Shown here in pieces: positions 48,687 to 58,238 of a stretch of 64,000 bases of DNA. Source of the stretch: Desulfatiglandales bacterium (GTDB lineage Bacteria; Desulfobacterota; DSM-4660; Desulfatiglandales; Desulfatiglandaceae); contig OY762721.1 of NCBI GenBank assembly GCA_963666345.1, positions 1,024,001 through 1,088,000 of the forward strand, in the 5' to 3' direction. The stretch's first letter is position 1; each line of letters opens with the position of its first letter. The notes below the pieces were generated by a model that saw only the letters and a list, made by a program, of their open reading frames with translations, did no database searches and was not told the origin of the DNA. The position numbers and the translations under genes are program-made.

Positions 48687-49189
48687 AAGTCAGTTCCTTT
48701 TATCACGAAGTGTACATCTCTTATCCATTTGGCCAGACCCTGAATGGCAAGAAGAATAAAACTCAGGGCTATCACTATTTTCAGGGGATAGAGCGGCGGC
48801 GCCCACATGCTGAAGGTGCGCTCCAGGATACCGACTGAATAGACGGCCTTTTTGATTGAGTACCAGACCATAACGCCCGTGAAGCTGAAAAAGATCGTGG
48901 AAAAGAAAAAGATGTCAAAGATAGCCTGCCATTTGCGGGAGAGATGTCCATAAATGAGATCGGTGCGGACATGTTTGTCGTCCTTTAGGACCCATGCCCC
49001 GCCCATCACGAACATACCGCCGGCAGTAAGGGCGGCCAGTTCCCAGGACCATTCGGTGGGAGAATTAAAGACATACCGCCTGAGGACTTCCACCGCTTCA
49101 AGCAGCGTCACCGGCAGTAACAGATAGCTGAAGACTTTTCCGGAAAACTCGCTCAGCCAGTCTGCAAAACTCACATATTTTTTAAGCAT
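48683..49189 (-). CDS. dctQ: TRAP transporter small permease
   Basis: EVLRRYVFNSPT.W and HVRTD motifs; start uncertain. Confidence 0.88.
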   Translation of the reverse strand: MLKKYVSFADWLSEFSGKVFSYLLLPVTLLEAVEVLRRYVFNSPTEWSWELAALTAGGMFVMGGAWVLKDDKHVRTDLIYGHLSRKWQAIFDIFFFSTIFFSFTGVMVWYSIKKAVYSVGILERTFSMWAPPLYPLKIVIALSFILLAIQGLAKWIRDVHFVIKGTDL

Positions 49190-49280
49190 GCCAGACCCAT
49201 GGCCTCCATTTTTTGATTCAAGCCGGGGCCGCTGAGATACCAAGATCCCGCGGCCCCGGGTTTAATGTCTTAAAAGATAA

Positions 49281-50375
49281 TTATTGTCTGCTTCCCGGCT
49301 CAAAACCCATCTGTTCCTCAGGTTCCAGCTTCTGTCCCCACCATGCGCTTATCGATTTGTAGGGATACCATATTTCCATAAAGTCATAGATCGATTCATA
49401 TGCCTCTTTTGTAAGGCCTTTGTATTTCTTGATATCCTTCTGTTCGATCTCGAACATCTGCTTTCTCAGCGGAACAAACTGTTTTTCGTCCATCCTCATG
49501 AAGTCCATTTTGCCTTTTTTCTTGAGCTCCTTCATGGCAACCGCACTCGTCCACTGGCTCTTTGTCCAGTGGTTGAATTCATCCGACCTGAAGGCCATCT
49601 GAACAATGAGTTTCAGATCTTCAGGAAGCTTTTTCCAGTAATCTTTGTTGATCACGACAGTCGTAACAAAATGCACATTCCAGAAGTCGGGCCATATACC
49701 ATATTTGGCGACATCTGTAAGCCCGAGTCCCTCATTGTATTTCAGGTGCCCGAATTCGGCCATATCCACTGTGCCGGTGGCAAGCCCTGTAAACACCTCT
49801 TCAAGCGGCAGGGTGATACCTGCAACATTGTTCTTTGCAAGCAGGCGGGGATCGGACGTCCTCATCTTTCTTCCCTTCATCTCCTCAATGCTCTTAAAGG
49901 GCTTGTTCGCCATAAGGACCTCTGTTCCCCAGATTTCAACAGCCAGAAGCTTCAGGTTAAGCTTGTCAAATGCCTTCTGAAGGATATCCCAGCCACCGAA
50001 TTCATACATCCATACGTATCTGTCGTGGACATCCATCTGCAGATTCCCTGAAGAACAGGGAAGAAAGGCATATTCCACTCCTCTGGCATATACAGGCCAG
50101 CTTGAATGCATCTCGAATACGCCCTCGCCGCATGCCTGAAATGCCTCAAGACTTGAAACGATCGTGCCGTTCGGAACCACATTGATCTTGAGCCTGCCGT
50201 TTGTGGCCTTAAAAATCTTCTCCGCCGTCTTTTGATTCTGGATAAAATCAGTATGCGCAGGACTGTGGATCACCTGCATCTTCCATTCAAACTCAGGTTT
50301 GTCCGCAGCAATGACATTTGCCGCAAAAAAAACACTCATCAAAACCGCAACCGATAAAACACCTATTTTTCTCAT
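49281..50375 (-). CDS. dctP: TRAP transporter substrate-binding protein
   Basis: RBS aaggaggt before MRKIG...; signal peptide; WKMQ, TNGRL, KG.KMR and EVFTGLATGTVD motifs. Confidence 0.9.
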   Translation of the reverse strand: MRKIGVLSVAVLMSVFFAANVIAADKPEFEWKMQVIHSPAHTDFIQNQKTAEKIFKATNGRLKINVVPNGTIVSSLEAFQACGEGVFEMHSSWPVYARGVEYAFLPCSSGNLQMDVHDRYVWMYEFGGWDILQKAFDKLNLKLLAVEIWGTEVLMANKPFKSIEEMKGRKMRTSDPRLLAKNNVAGITLPLEEVFTGLATGTVDMAEFGHLKYNEGLGLTDVAKYGIWPDFWNVHFVTTVVINKDYWKKLPEDLKLIVQMAFRSDEFNHWTKSQWTSAVAMKELKKKGKMDFMRMDEKQFVPLRKQMFEIEQKDIKKYKGLTKEAYESIYDFMEIWYPYKSISAWWGQKLEPEEQMGFEPGSRQ

Positions 50376-50498
50376 CCTTCCTACCTCCTTTAATGGATTA
50401 TTTTTTTGCCATTCACCTGCTGAATACAAAGAGGATAGCTGCGAACCTATTTCCAATACATGAATTCGCCTTACAGTGATTAAACGGATAAAGATATT

Positions 50499-50513
50499 GC
50501 AATACAGGTGCCG
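50499..50513 (-). promoter_or_regulatory. Sigma-54 promoter of the TRAP/URO-D/corrinoid operon
   Basis: CGGCACCTGTATTGC (GG-N10-GC); IHF-like site at 50542-50554. Confidence 0.7.
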
Positions 50514-50630
50514 CATTACCTGCGAGCATGCACAAAATCCTTAACTTATTGATATAATGGTGATTAGGTATTAGATAAAATCGAATCGACAAATTCTGAA
50601 GACAAATAACTGGGGATTAAAAAGGCAATG

Positions 50631-50677
50631 TGCACCTAACGGTTCACCTGTCAGTGCATATTGCACCAATAGGTTCA
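50631..50677. promoter_or_regulatory. Tandem enhancer (UAS) for an NtrC-family activator
   Basis: TGCACC-N4-GGTTCA at 50631 and 50662, 31 bp apart. Confidence 0.7.
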
Positions 50678-50965
50678 CTTCAAGCCCTCTATAATACTTC
50701 CATTACAGGAAGGGCCTCTGTTGCCGTAACTGGTTACTATTTTGGGATTATCTTACGATTATTTGAAGTTCATCAGGGAAAACAGATGGATCACCTTCAA
50801 CTGAGCAGTTGCAAACCATGAGGGTATTAAAACCCACACTGTGGCAACCCAGTGATTACTTGGATGACAGGCCAGGTTTCATAATGATTACAGTTATTGA
50901 CAATCCGGGAATATCAATCGGTCCGGACCAAGGATCCCAGTGAAAGCCTGGCCAGGCAAAGAACC

Positions 50966-52420
50966 TTAACCGGATATCCTCTTAAGCTTTCCCTGAAGTA
51001 TCCTCCTTGAAATGCCCAGGAACCTGGCCGTCGCGGTCTGATTTCCCTGATTCTTCTTGAGCGCCCTTTTTATTATCTCCTGCTCAAGGAGATCAAGATC
51101 CACTCCCTTGTCCGGGAGTTCAAAATTATCCCGCCCCAGCACAGGTACGCGTGAATAAGAAAAGTCAGGCTGGGAATCAAGGTCACTGACAAAATATAGA
51201 TCATCCGCCTCAACCGTAGCGTCTGTTTTCATTATTGCGAGCCTTTCCATGGCGTTTTTGAGCTGTCTGACATTGCCGGGCCATGAGAATCCGTTCAAAA
51301 AGGTCTCTGCCTCCGGTTTAAACCTTGTGAATCTCTTTCCCTTTCTGGAAAAGGCCCTGCTTATGAACCGTTGAGCAAGGGGAAGGATGTCATCAACCCT
51401 CTCCCTTAAAGGAGGGATATGTATGCTGCCCATGTTTATCCGGTAAAACAGATCAAGTCTGAAGTTCTTACTCGATACCGCCTGCTGAAGATTTTTGTTG
51501 GTGGCGCAGATGATCCTGATATCGACAGGCCTTTCCTCAACACTTCCAAGACGCTGCACCTTTTTATCCTCAATGACTCGAAGCAGTTTTACCTGCAGGT
51601 TCAAGGGCATTTCTCCTATTTCATCAAAGAAGATCGTCCCGCCGCTTGCCGCCTCCAGCTTACCCATTTTCCCCGATCTGGTCGCCCCTGTATATGCGCC
51701 CGGTTCATGTCCAAAAAGCTCTCCTTCTATCAATTCATGGGAAAGTGCCCCGCAGTTTATGGCGATAAAAGGCGTTGTGGTGCTCCCATGGCCGAAGTAA
51801 TGGATATACTGGGCAATCAACTCTTTTCCCGTGCCGCTCTCCCCTTCAATGAGTACCGGTACAGACCTGTCTGAGCTGTATTTTTCAGCCTGATCGATCA
51901 CATCGCGCATGCGTTCGGAATACACAAGGAGCCCGTCGAGCCCTATTTCTTCCAGATAGGAGGCACGAATCCGTGCCGTCTCTCCCCTAACAATACTTTT
52001 TTCTATTTCAATACGCTCGGTAAACTCGCTTTTCAGGGAAAGGTAGTTTCTCCTCAAGGCGGCGTATTCGGCCGAGCGTTCGATGGTTATGGCCAGCTCC
52101 CGGACATTTATTGGTTTGATCAGATAATCAAAGGCCCCGTATTTCAGGGCCTTTATGGCATTGTCCATATCTCCGTGACCGGTTACGACAATCACGTCGA
52201 CAGGTGACTGTTCCACCACCTTGACACGTCTCAGAAGCTCAAGCCCATCCATTTCCGGCATTCGGATATCGGTAATTATGAGATTGAAATCACCGGAATG
52301 GAATGCCTGCAGGCCCTTGCTGCCGTTAAATGCGCAGGTGACATTATGCCCCAGCTTGCCAAGGAAACCGGCAAGGCTCTTGCAGGCATCTCGTTCATCA
52401 TCTATAAGCAGTATCTCCAT
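50966..52420 (-). CDS. NtrC-family sigma-54-dependent response regulator
   Basis: Receiver domain, GESGTGKE, ELFGHEPGAYTGA (GAFTGA variant), WPGNVRQL and C-terminal HTH. Confidence 0.95.
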   Translation of the reverse strand: MEILLIDDERDACKSLAGFLGKLGHNVTCAFNGSKGLQAFHSGDFNLIITDIRMPEMDGLELLRRVKVVEQSPVDVIVVTGHGDMDNAIKALKYGAFDYLIKPINVRELAITIERSAEYAALRRNYLSLKSEFTERIEIEKSIVRGETARIRASYLEEIGLDGLLVYSERMRDVIDQAEKYSSDRSVPVLIEGESGTGKELIAQYIHYFGHGSTTTPFIAINCGALSHELIEGELFGHEPGAYTGATRSGKMGKLEAASGGTIFFDEIGEMPLNLQVKLLRVIEDKKVQRLGSVEERPVDIRIICATNKNLQQAVSSKNFRLDLFYRINMGSIHIPPLRERVDDILPLAQRFISRAFSRKGKRFTRFKPEAETFLNGFSWPGNVRQLKNAMERLAIMKTDATVEADDLYFVSDLDSQPDFSYSRVPVLGRDNFELPDKGVDLDLLEQEIIKRALKKNQGNQTATARFLGISRRILQGKLKRISG

Positions 52421-52617
52421 TTAAATGCCGCCTCTTCATTTAGTTGTCTTGAATTTGTGCCTGGAAATTTGATATCTGAATAATCTTTGGCATGTCAAGA
52501 TGTTTCGGCTTAAGATAGAATCGGTACGGGCATCAACAGACCATTTAACCGGTTTTAGGTTATTCCTAAACCGCTCCGCTGTTCAGTGAACAAAGACCTG
52601 AAAGGGGGACCCTTTTC

Positions 52618-55251
52618 ATGAGTATAAAAAAGAAACGATTCTGCATGGTATTCATACTGGCCTGTCTTTTTTTGACACCGGCATATTCCAATGCAGTGCA
52701 AAAAAGGAACGTCCTCGTGCTTAATTCCTATCATCCCGGTTTCTCCTGGACTGATAGTATACTTAAGGGGATAAGGTCAGTCCTTAAGCCAAAGAACGGC
52801 ATTGAACTTTTTGTGGAATATATGGACACAAAGAGACATGACACAGAAGATTATTTTCAAAGATTGAAAGCCCTATATGAAATCAAATATATGAAAAAGA
52901 AAATAGATGTCATATTGTCTTCGGACGACCATGCCCTTGATTTTCTGCTCAAATACCGTAATGAGCTTTTCCCTGGAGTGCCTGTGGTCTTTTGTGGAGT
53001 GGATCGTGTTGAACCTGAACGCATTGCTGGTCATGACCGCATCTTCGGTGTTGAAGAGGGTTTGGAATTTGAAAAAAATATCCGTATGGCCCTGCGCCTC
53101 CATCCTGAGGTTGAATCCATTGCAATTGTTGGAGATTTTACCAAATCATCACTTTCATATCTTGGAAAAATCAAAAAGATAGAGGCCAAACTCTCGGGCC
53201 AGGTCAGGTTCGATTATCTCACGAATTTGACAGTGAAGGAGCTTCAAAATGCCATAAAGCAACTACCCTATAATTCGTTTATAATGTATCTGATTTTAAC
53301 CCGAGACAGAAACGGCCTGGTCCTGTCTCTAGAGGAAGGCCTTTCGCTAATCGGAAAAAATTCTCACGTTCCTGTCTACATTGCTTGGGAAACCCCCCTT
53401 GGACCTAACGTAATGGGAGGTGATATTGCTAGCGCCTTCAAACAGGGCGCAACATCTGCCAGCCTTGTAAAAAGAATCCTGGCCGGAGAGCCCCTTGAAA
53501 GTCTCCCCAAACTTCAAGTAGGGCCCCATGTAAGGCTCTTCAACTACCCGGTCATGCGCCGGTATGGACTTAAAAAGACCGACCTTCCCAAGGACAGTAT
53601 TATTGTAAATGAGCCCTATTCCTTTTACAGGGAACACAGGACACTTGTCTGGAACGTTATGGCTGCCTTCATGGGGCTCGTATTGATAGTCGTACTCCTT
53701 TCGGTAAACATACTGAGCAGAAAAAGGGCTGAAAAAGAGCTCCTGGCAAGCGAGACACGTCTCAAGTCGCTCCTGGAAACCGCGAACGAAGGCTTCTGGG
53801 AAATAGACAACGATTCCAGGGTAGTCGATCTCAATCCTGAGATGTGCAAGATCGTGGGTAGAGACAGGCAGGAGATTGTGGGTCTCACCGCCTATAATTT
53901 CCTGGATGAACCCAATCAGGAAATCTTCCAAAAGGAGATGGCAATCAGAAAAAAGGGGATAAGGAGTTCCTATGAATTACAGTTTACGCATCCTGACGGG
54001 AAAAATATCCACTGTCTTGTAAACGCAAGCCCCCTTTTCGGTGAGTACCAGGGCAAGATCGGCTCCTTTGCCATGATAACCGACATATCTGAGAGAAAAC
54101 GGGTGGAGGAGCAGCTCATAACGAGCAAAAGGGTGCTTGCACAGTCGGAATCGATGTACAGGGCTATCTCCGAGTTTGCCGATTTCGGCATCATGCTTCT
54201 CGGGCAGAAGGAAATCATATACAGCAACCAGAGGTTGGCCTATTTCATGGATATAAAGGCCGGGTCTATTTCAAAATCCGATCTTTTCGCATGGATATGC
54301 GAGGAAGACCTGTCAGGTTTTAAACGCTCCCTTGGAAATCTTCTCAAGGGTGCATACGAAGGACCTGTCCGGTTTGAATTCCGGGGACAGAACAGCTCAG
54401 GCCTGAGGGATTATCTGGCTCACGCGCAGTTGATGGATTACAGCGAAAACACCGTGGTCCATATGTTCCTGGAAGATATTACGGAACAAAAAGAGATGAC
54501 CAGGAGGGCGAGACTTAACGAACTCAGGATGTATCATGAAGACAGGCTCTCAGCCCTTGGAGTCATGGCTACCGGCATCGCTCACGAACTAAACCAGCCC
54601 CTGAATACCATCAGGGTCCTGACGGAAGGCTTTTTGTTCGGCAGGGACGAGGGATGGGATCTTGATACACAGGAGGTGTTTGATCACCTCGAGATGATTT
54701 CCCGCCAGGTGGTTCGCATGAGCCAGATAATACAGAACATAAGAAACTTCGCCCGTGAGGATAGAGTTCGGGACGCAAATGAAATAGATCCGAACAAGGC
54801 CATAGAGGATGTATTTTCCATGCTCGGCACACAGCTTGAGGTTCACGGTATACGGGTGGAAAAATTCATTGAGGCCAAGGTGCCAAAAATCAGGGCAAAT
54901 TTGAATCGCCTTGAACAGGTCATCATGAATCTGCTTGTCAATGCCAGACAGGCACTGGATGGATGTGAAAAAGAGCGTAAGATTATATGGCTAAAAACAG
55001 GGGCGCGTTACGACCAGGTCTTTATCGAGGTAGGAGATAATGCCACCGGCATCCCTGAAAAAGAGATGTCCAAGATTTTTGACCCCTTTTATTCCACCAA
55101 AGAGGTAGGAAAAGGCACCGGACTGGGGCTTTCAATCAGCAAGACGATCGTATCCGAATTCAGGGGTCGTCTGGAGGCATACAACAACAAGGAAGGCGGC
55201 GCCACTTTTTTCATTACCGTGCCATGCAGCCATGAAACTCAGGAGGTATAA
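52618..55251 (+). CDS. Sensor histidine kinase (periplasmic ABC-substrate-binding-like domain, PAS domains)
   Basis: VLVLNSYH, EYMDTKR, TM segment, PAS domains, AHELNQPL, NLLVNA, DNATGI and GTGLGL motifs. Confidence 0.93.
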   Translation: MSIKKKRFCMVFILACLFLTPAYSNAVQKRNVLVLNSYHPGFSWTDSILKGIRSVLKPKNGIELFVEYMDTKRHDTEDYFQRLKALYEIKYMKKKIDVILSSDDHALDFLLKYRNELFPGVPVVFCGVDRVEPERIAGHDRIFGVEEGLEFEKNIRMALRLHPEVESIAIVGDFTKSSLSYLGKIKKIEAKLSGQVRFDYLTNLTVKELQNAIKQLPYNSFIMYLILTRDRNGLVLSLEEGLSLIGKNSHVPVYIAWETPLGPNVMGGDIASAFKQGATSASLVKRILAGEPLESLPKLQVGPHVRLFNYPVMRRYGLKKTDLPKDSIIVNEPYSFYREHRTLVWNVMAAFMGLVLIVVLLSVNILSRKRAEKELLASETRLKSLLETANEGFWEIDNDSRVVDLNPEMCKIVGRDRQEIVGLTAYNFLDEPNQEIFQKEMAIRKKGIRSSYELQFTHPDGKNIHCLVNASPLFGEYQGKIGSFAMITDISERKRVEEQLITSKRVLAQSESMYRAISEFADFGIMLLGQKEIIYSNQRLAYFMDIKAGSISKSDLFAWICEEDLSGFKRSLGNLLKGAYEGPVRFEFRGQNSSGLRDYLAHAQLMDYSENTVVHMFLEDITEQKEMTRRARLNELRMYHEDRLSALGVMATGIAHELNQPLNTIRVLTEGFLFGRDEGWDLDTQEVFDHLEMISRQVVRMSQIIQNIRNFAREDRVRDANEIDPNKAIEDVFSMLGTQLEVHGIRVEKFIEAKVPKIRANLNRLEQVIMNLLVNARQALDGCEKERKIIWLKTGARYDQVFIEVGDNATGIPEKEMSKIFDPFYSTKEVGKGTGLGLSISKTIVSEFRGRLEAYNNKEGGATFFITVPCSHETQEV

Positions 55252-55453
55252 ATCAGATTTACTCCGTAATCGGAGAAAACCATGCCCGGATGAACATGAG
55301 CTTTAATATTTGAGAAATGATCGGCTGCCGATCTTTCACAGGGAACACGGGGAAAAAGGCAATGAGTAAAGGAAACCTATCCTGACTTATTCAAACAGGG
55401 CCATTTTTACGACCCGGCTCAGAGGGCAGGGTTTTCTATAATAGGATAAAGGG

Positions 55454-56014
55454 TCAAAGAGGGGGAGGGAAGCCCTGAATCCTTGCAAGCATTTTGTCCA
55501 GCTCCTCCAGCATAAGATGGAGATGATTGTGCAGGTCATGATCATCTTCCACCTCGTGAAGAATGATGCCTTGACCCTGTGGTGATCTTTCGATCAATCC
55601 ATGTATGGCCTCCAAGGGTATCACTTCGTCTCTTATGCCTGCTATGATTACAGATGGAATACCACTAGGTATATAGACAGATGAAAGCATTTTTTCTTGA
55701 ACATCGGTAAATACCCCCGGCACAGCGCCCCCAACGGCCGGTGCCATAAGGACAAGCCCCCTGACCATTTCCGGTTTTTCCATTGCAAACTGAATAGCAG
55801 TAAGCCCTCCCATGGATGTCCCGGTCAGCAGGACCGGCTCTTTTATAGCCTTTTGAGCCTCCCTGAGGCGCTCAGATAACCCGGGGGAAAGCTTAGGGGT
55901 TATGCAATCCGGATAGGTTTCTCTTATAATGCTTCCCTTTGTGCCCCAAGGGCTGCTGTCCAGACCATGAAAAAAGCATATCGGTATTCTTTTTCGACGG
56001 GTTTTTCCAGCCAT
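55454..56014 (-). CDS. Small alpha/beta hydrolase (YqiA-like esterase)
   Basis: HGLDSS, GTSMGG nucleophile elbow, D and DDH catalytic residues. Confidence 0.85.
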   Translation of the reverse strand: MAGKTRRKRIPICFFHGLDSSPWGTKGSIIRETYPDCITPKLSPGLSERLREAQKAIKEPVLLTGTSMGGLTAIQFAMEKPEMVRGLVLMAPAVGGAVPGVFTDVQEKMLSSVYIPSGIPSVIIAGIRDEVIPLEAIHGLIERSPQGQGIILHEVEDDHDLHNHLHLMLEELDKMLARIQGFPPPL

Positions 56015-56375
56015 CTTATTTCCTTAATCAGATTAAGGCATTATCTGCTCTGACCTAACATGCCTTCAATTTAACAGTATAGTATTATTAGGAAGCATTT
56101 GGCAGTTGTAAAGCCTTCCGCGTGAAGATCCGCATTTTATGTTTGGAAACCAGCGCGGTTCTCGCTTTGTTGTTAGTCAAAAGCGATCTTTTACAAAAAC
56201 CATATTGCTTTACAGGCATTATGCCCCGTGATAAAATTATAATAAAGTAGGGTCAATTGACTTAAAAGGGATAAGAAAAGATCTCATGAAGTATTGCCTG
56301 GGTTATCTATTTTATTGTTAATTTAGAATGTGGTGCCACAAACTATTTTAACCCTAATAGATCGAAAGGAGGTCC

Positions 56376-57206
56376 GTGATGAATTTCATTACCATATCGA
56401 GAAAAATCGGAACAGGCGGGAGCATGATCGCCGAGAAAGTCGCGAGGGAAATAGGGTATAATTTTGTAGACACCGAAGCAATCATGAAAAAGGCAGGTGA
56501 AATGGGCTTTTCCGAAGATGTCGAAAAAATTGATGAAAAACGCCCTTCACTTTTTAACAGGCTCTTTTCACATGAACCCGCTATCGGTCTCAACAGGCTC
56601 AATTCGGTAATCTATGAACTTGCAAATGAGGGAGACGCTGTGTTTGTCGGACGGGGCGGACACATGCTTTTAAGATCATTTGACTGCGCCCTGCATGTCA
56701 GGATTACAGGCTCACATGAAACATGTCTGCAAAATCTTGTTAATCGAGGATTTACACCTGATGCTGCAAAACACAGGATAGAGAGTGTCACAAGGGAGAG
56801 ATCCGCCTTTATAAAATACGCCTTTGGAAAGGAAATAGAAGATCCCAAACAGTATGATGTGACATTCAATATGGATAAATTGACAGCGGATTCAGTCATA
56901 GACACCATCGTGCAAATGGCCGGTTCGGACAAGATAAAGGCGGTCTGCTCCTATGACGCCCTGGAGAGCCTGGGGAAACTGGCGCTTCGCGACCGCGTTG
57001 ATGCGGCCCTGCTGGAATCGGGCGTCTCATGGGGTCTTAATTCCACGGTCAATGTATTCGTGGAAGAGGCCGGCCAGGTAATCCTCAAGGGCTCGGTCGA
57101 TGACACCGCATCCACCATAAGGGCTGAAGAGGTATCAAAGGGGGTAAAAGGGGTCGAAAAGGTAATAAACGAAATCAGAATCACACCCGCGGACCGCCAT
57201 GCCTAG
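56376..57206 (+). CDS. Cytidylate kinase-like protein with C-terminal BON domain
   Basis: ITISRKIGTGG, VFVGRGG and YD motifs; C-terminal V.L.GSV...V.GV.KV.NEI. Confidence 0.85.
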   Translation: MMNFITISRKIGTGGSMIAEKVAREIGYNFVDTEAIMKKAGEMGFSEDVEKIDEKRPSLFNRLFSHEPAIGLNRLNSVIYELANEGDAVFVGRGGHMLLRSFDCALHVRITGSHETCLQNLVNRGFTPDAAKHRIESVTRERSAFIKYAFGKEIEDPKQYDVTFNMDKLTADSVIDTIVQMAGSDKIKAVCSYDALESLGKLALRDRVDAALLESGVSWGLNSTVNVFVEEAGQVILKGSVDDTASTIRAEEVSKGVKGVEKVINEIRITPADRHA

Positions 57207-57221
57207 GGCTTAAACTAAGAT

Positions 57222-57259
57222 AAAAAGCCGCATCCCCCCAAAAAAAGGATGCGGCTTTC
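57222..57259. terminator. Likely bidirectional terminator
   Basis: aaagccgcatcc...ggatgcggcttt between convergent genes. Confidence 0.7.
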
Positions 57260-57357
57260 ATATTACAGGCAATTATCAGCCGCACTTTAAGCCGGCACCG
57301 GCAAAACATGCAGTACTGCTGATACGGTTTTGCCGTCCGGATGGTTTTACGGCAAAA

Positions 57358-57576
57358 TCAGCCTTCACCACGTTCTTCATTAGGGAAGATATTCTCAAAT
57401 CCCTTTATATAGCCGTAGACGATAAAGCCAATCGTCCCTATCACCAGCACTCCGCACACTAACGTCACTATATTTGGCCACATGACGAACATCTTACCAT
57501 TGATTACTATTGCCGCGATACCGGCGAGGATAGCCGCAGTGCATATTATCCCGCATATCTTCAAAAACTTTTGCAT
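57358..57576 (-). CDS. Small two-TM membrane protein
   Basis: aaggag RBS and two hydrophobic segments; downstream of the TRAP operon. Confidence 0.65.
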   Translation of the reverse strand: MQKFLKICGIICTAAILAGIAAIVINGKMFVMWPNIVTLVCGVLVIGTIGFIVYGYIKGFENIFPNEERGEG

Positions 57577-57665
57577 CGCTCGATCTCCTTTATTTCATGA
57601 CTCAAATGGCCTTTCCGCTCTCGGAAATACCAGATAAACTTATCGTTACATGGTTGTATTTTATA

Positions 57666-58139
57666 CTAAACATTTAAGACAAGGCCTTTAAAGGTCAAAT
57701 TACTGTTATTTCTGCGCATCACATTAAGGATCTTTGTAAGATCACTGCTTGAGATTACGCTGAAAAGATAAGCCTTTTCCCTTGCAAGCCTGAATCTCAG
57801 GAACACCGTCGGAATAAAGGAAAGACGAGGGCCCTCGACAATTGTTATGTCCGTCGGTTCGAGGCGAAGCACCCGCCTGAAGCTTCTGAGTTCTATTTTG
57901 CCCTGCTCGTTTACAGCAATCCTGTAGGAAATCGCAAGACACCAGTACCAGGTGTACGCGATCACAAAACCTATCATAGCGAGCTGGCCTATGGGCCAGT
58001 CGGCATTCAACGCCTTTACGCCTATCAGGTAGACGCAGATTGCGGTCCAGGCCAGGAGCAGAAAGTAGAACACGCCCACATACATAAGAGGTGCCTCATA
58101 TACATAACTCTTCTTGGGCGGTTTCAGTCTATCCTTCAT
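57666..58139 (-). CDS. Hypothetical membrane protein (2 TM + soluble domain)
   Basis: 157-aa ORF co-oriented with the TRAP operon. Confidence 0.65.
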   Translation of the reverse strand: MKDRLKPPKKSYVYEAPLMYVGVFYFLLLAWTAICVYLIGVKALNADWPIGQLAMIGFVIAYTWYWCLAISYRIAVNEQGKIELRSFRRVLRLEPTDITIVEGPRLSFIPTVFLRFRLAREKAYLFSVISSSDLTKILNVMRRNNSNLTFKGLVLNV

Positions 58140-58238
58140 AATCCGATATATCCCTAAACTGCGTAAGCGCCCCTGGTAGCAGGGACGCCCATCGCATATG
58201 TTTACATCATATTCCTGTCAGCGTCAAAAAACGCCTGA

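Noticed and set aside
49281..50516. 411-aa version of DctP
   Set aside because: The extension overlaps the sigma-54 promoter; the RBS and signal peptide place the start at 50375.
55320..55400. Possible cobalamin riboswitch (gggaacacggggaaaa)
   Set aside because: The remaining conserved elements are missing and it lies between convergent genes. No convincing B12 riboswitch was seen elsewhere by eye; an Rfam scan would be needed.
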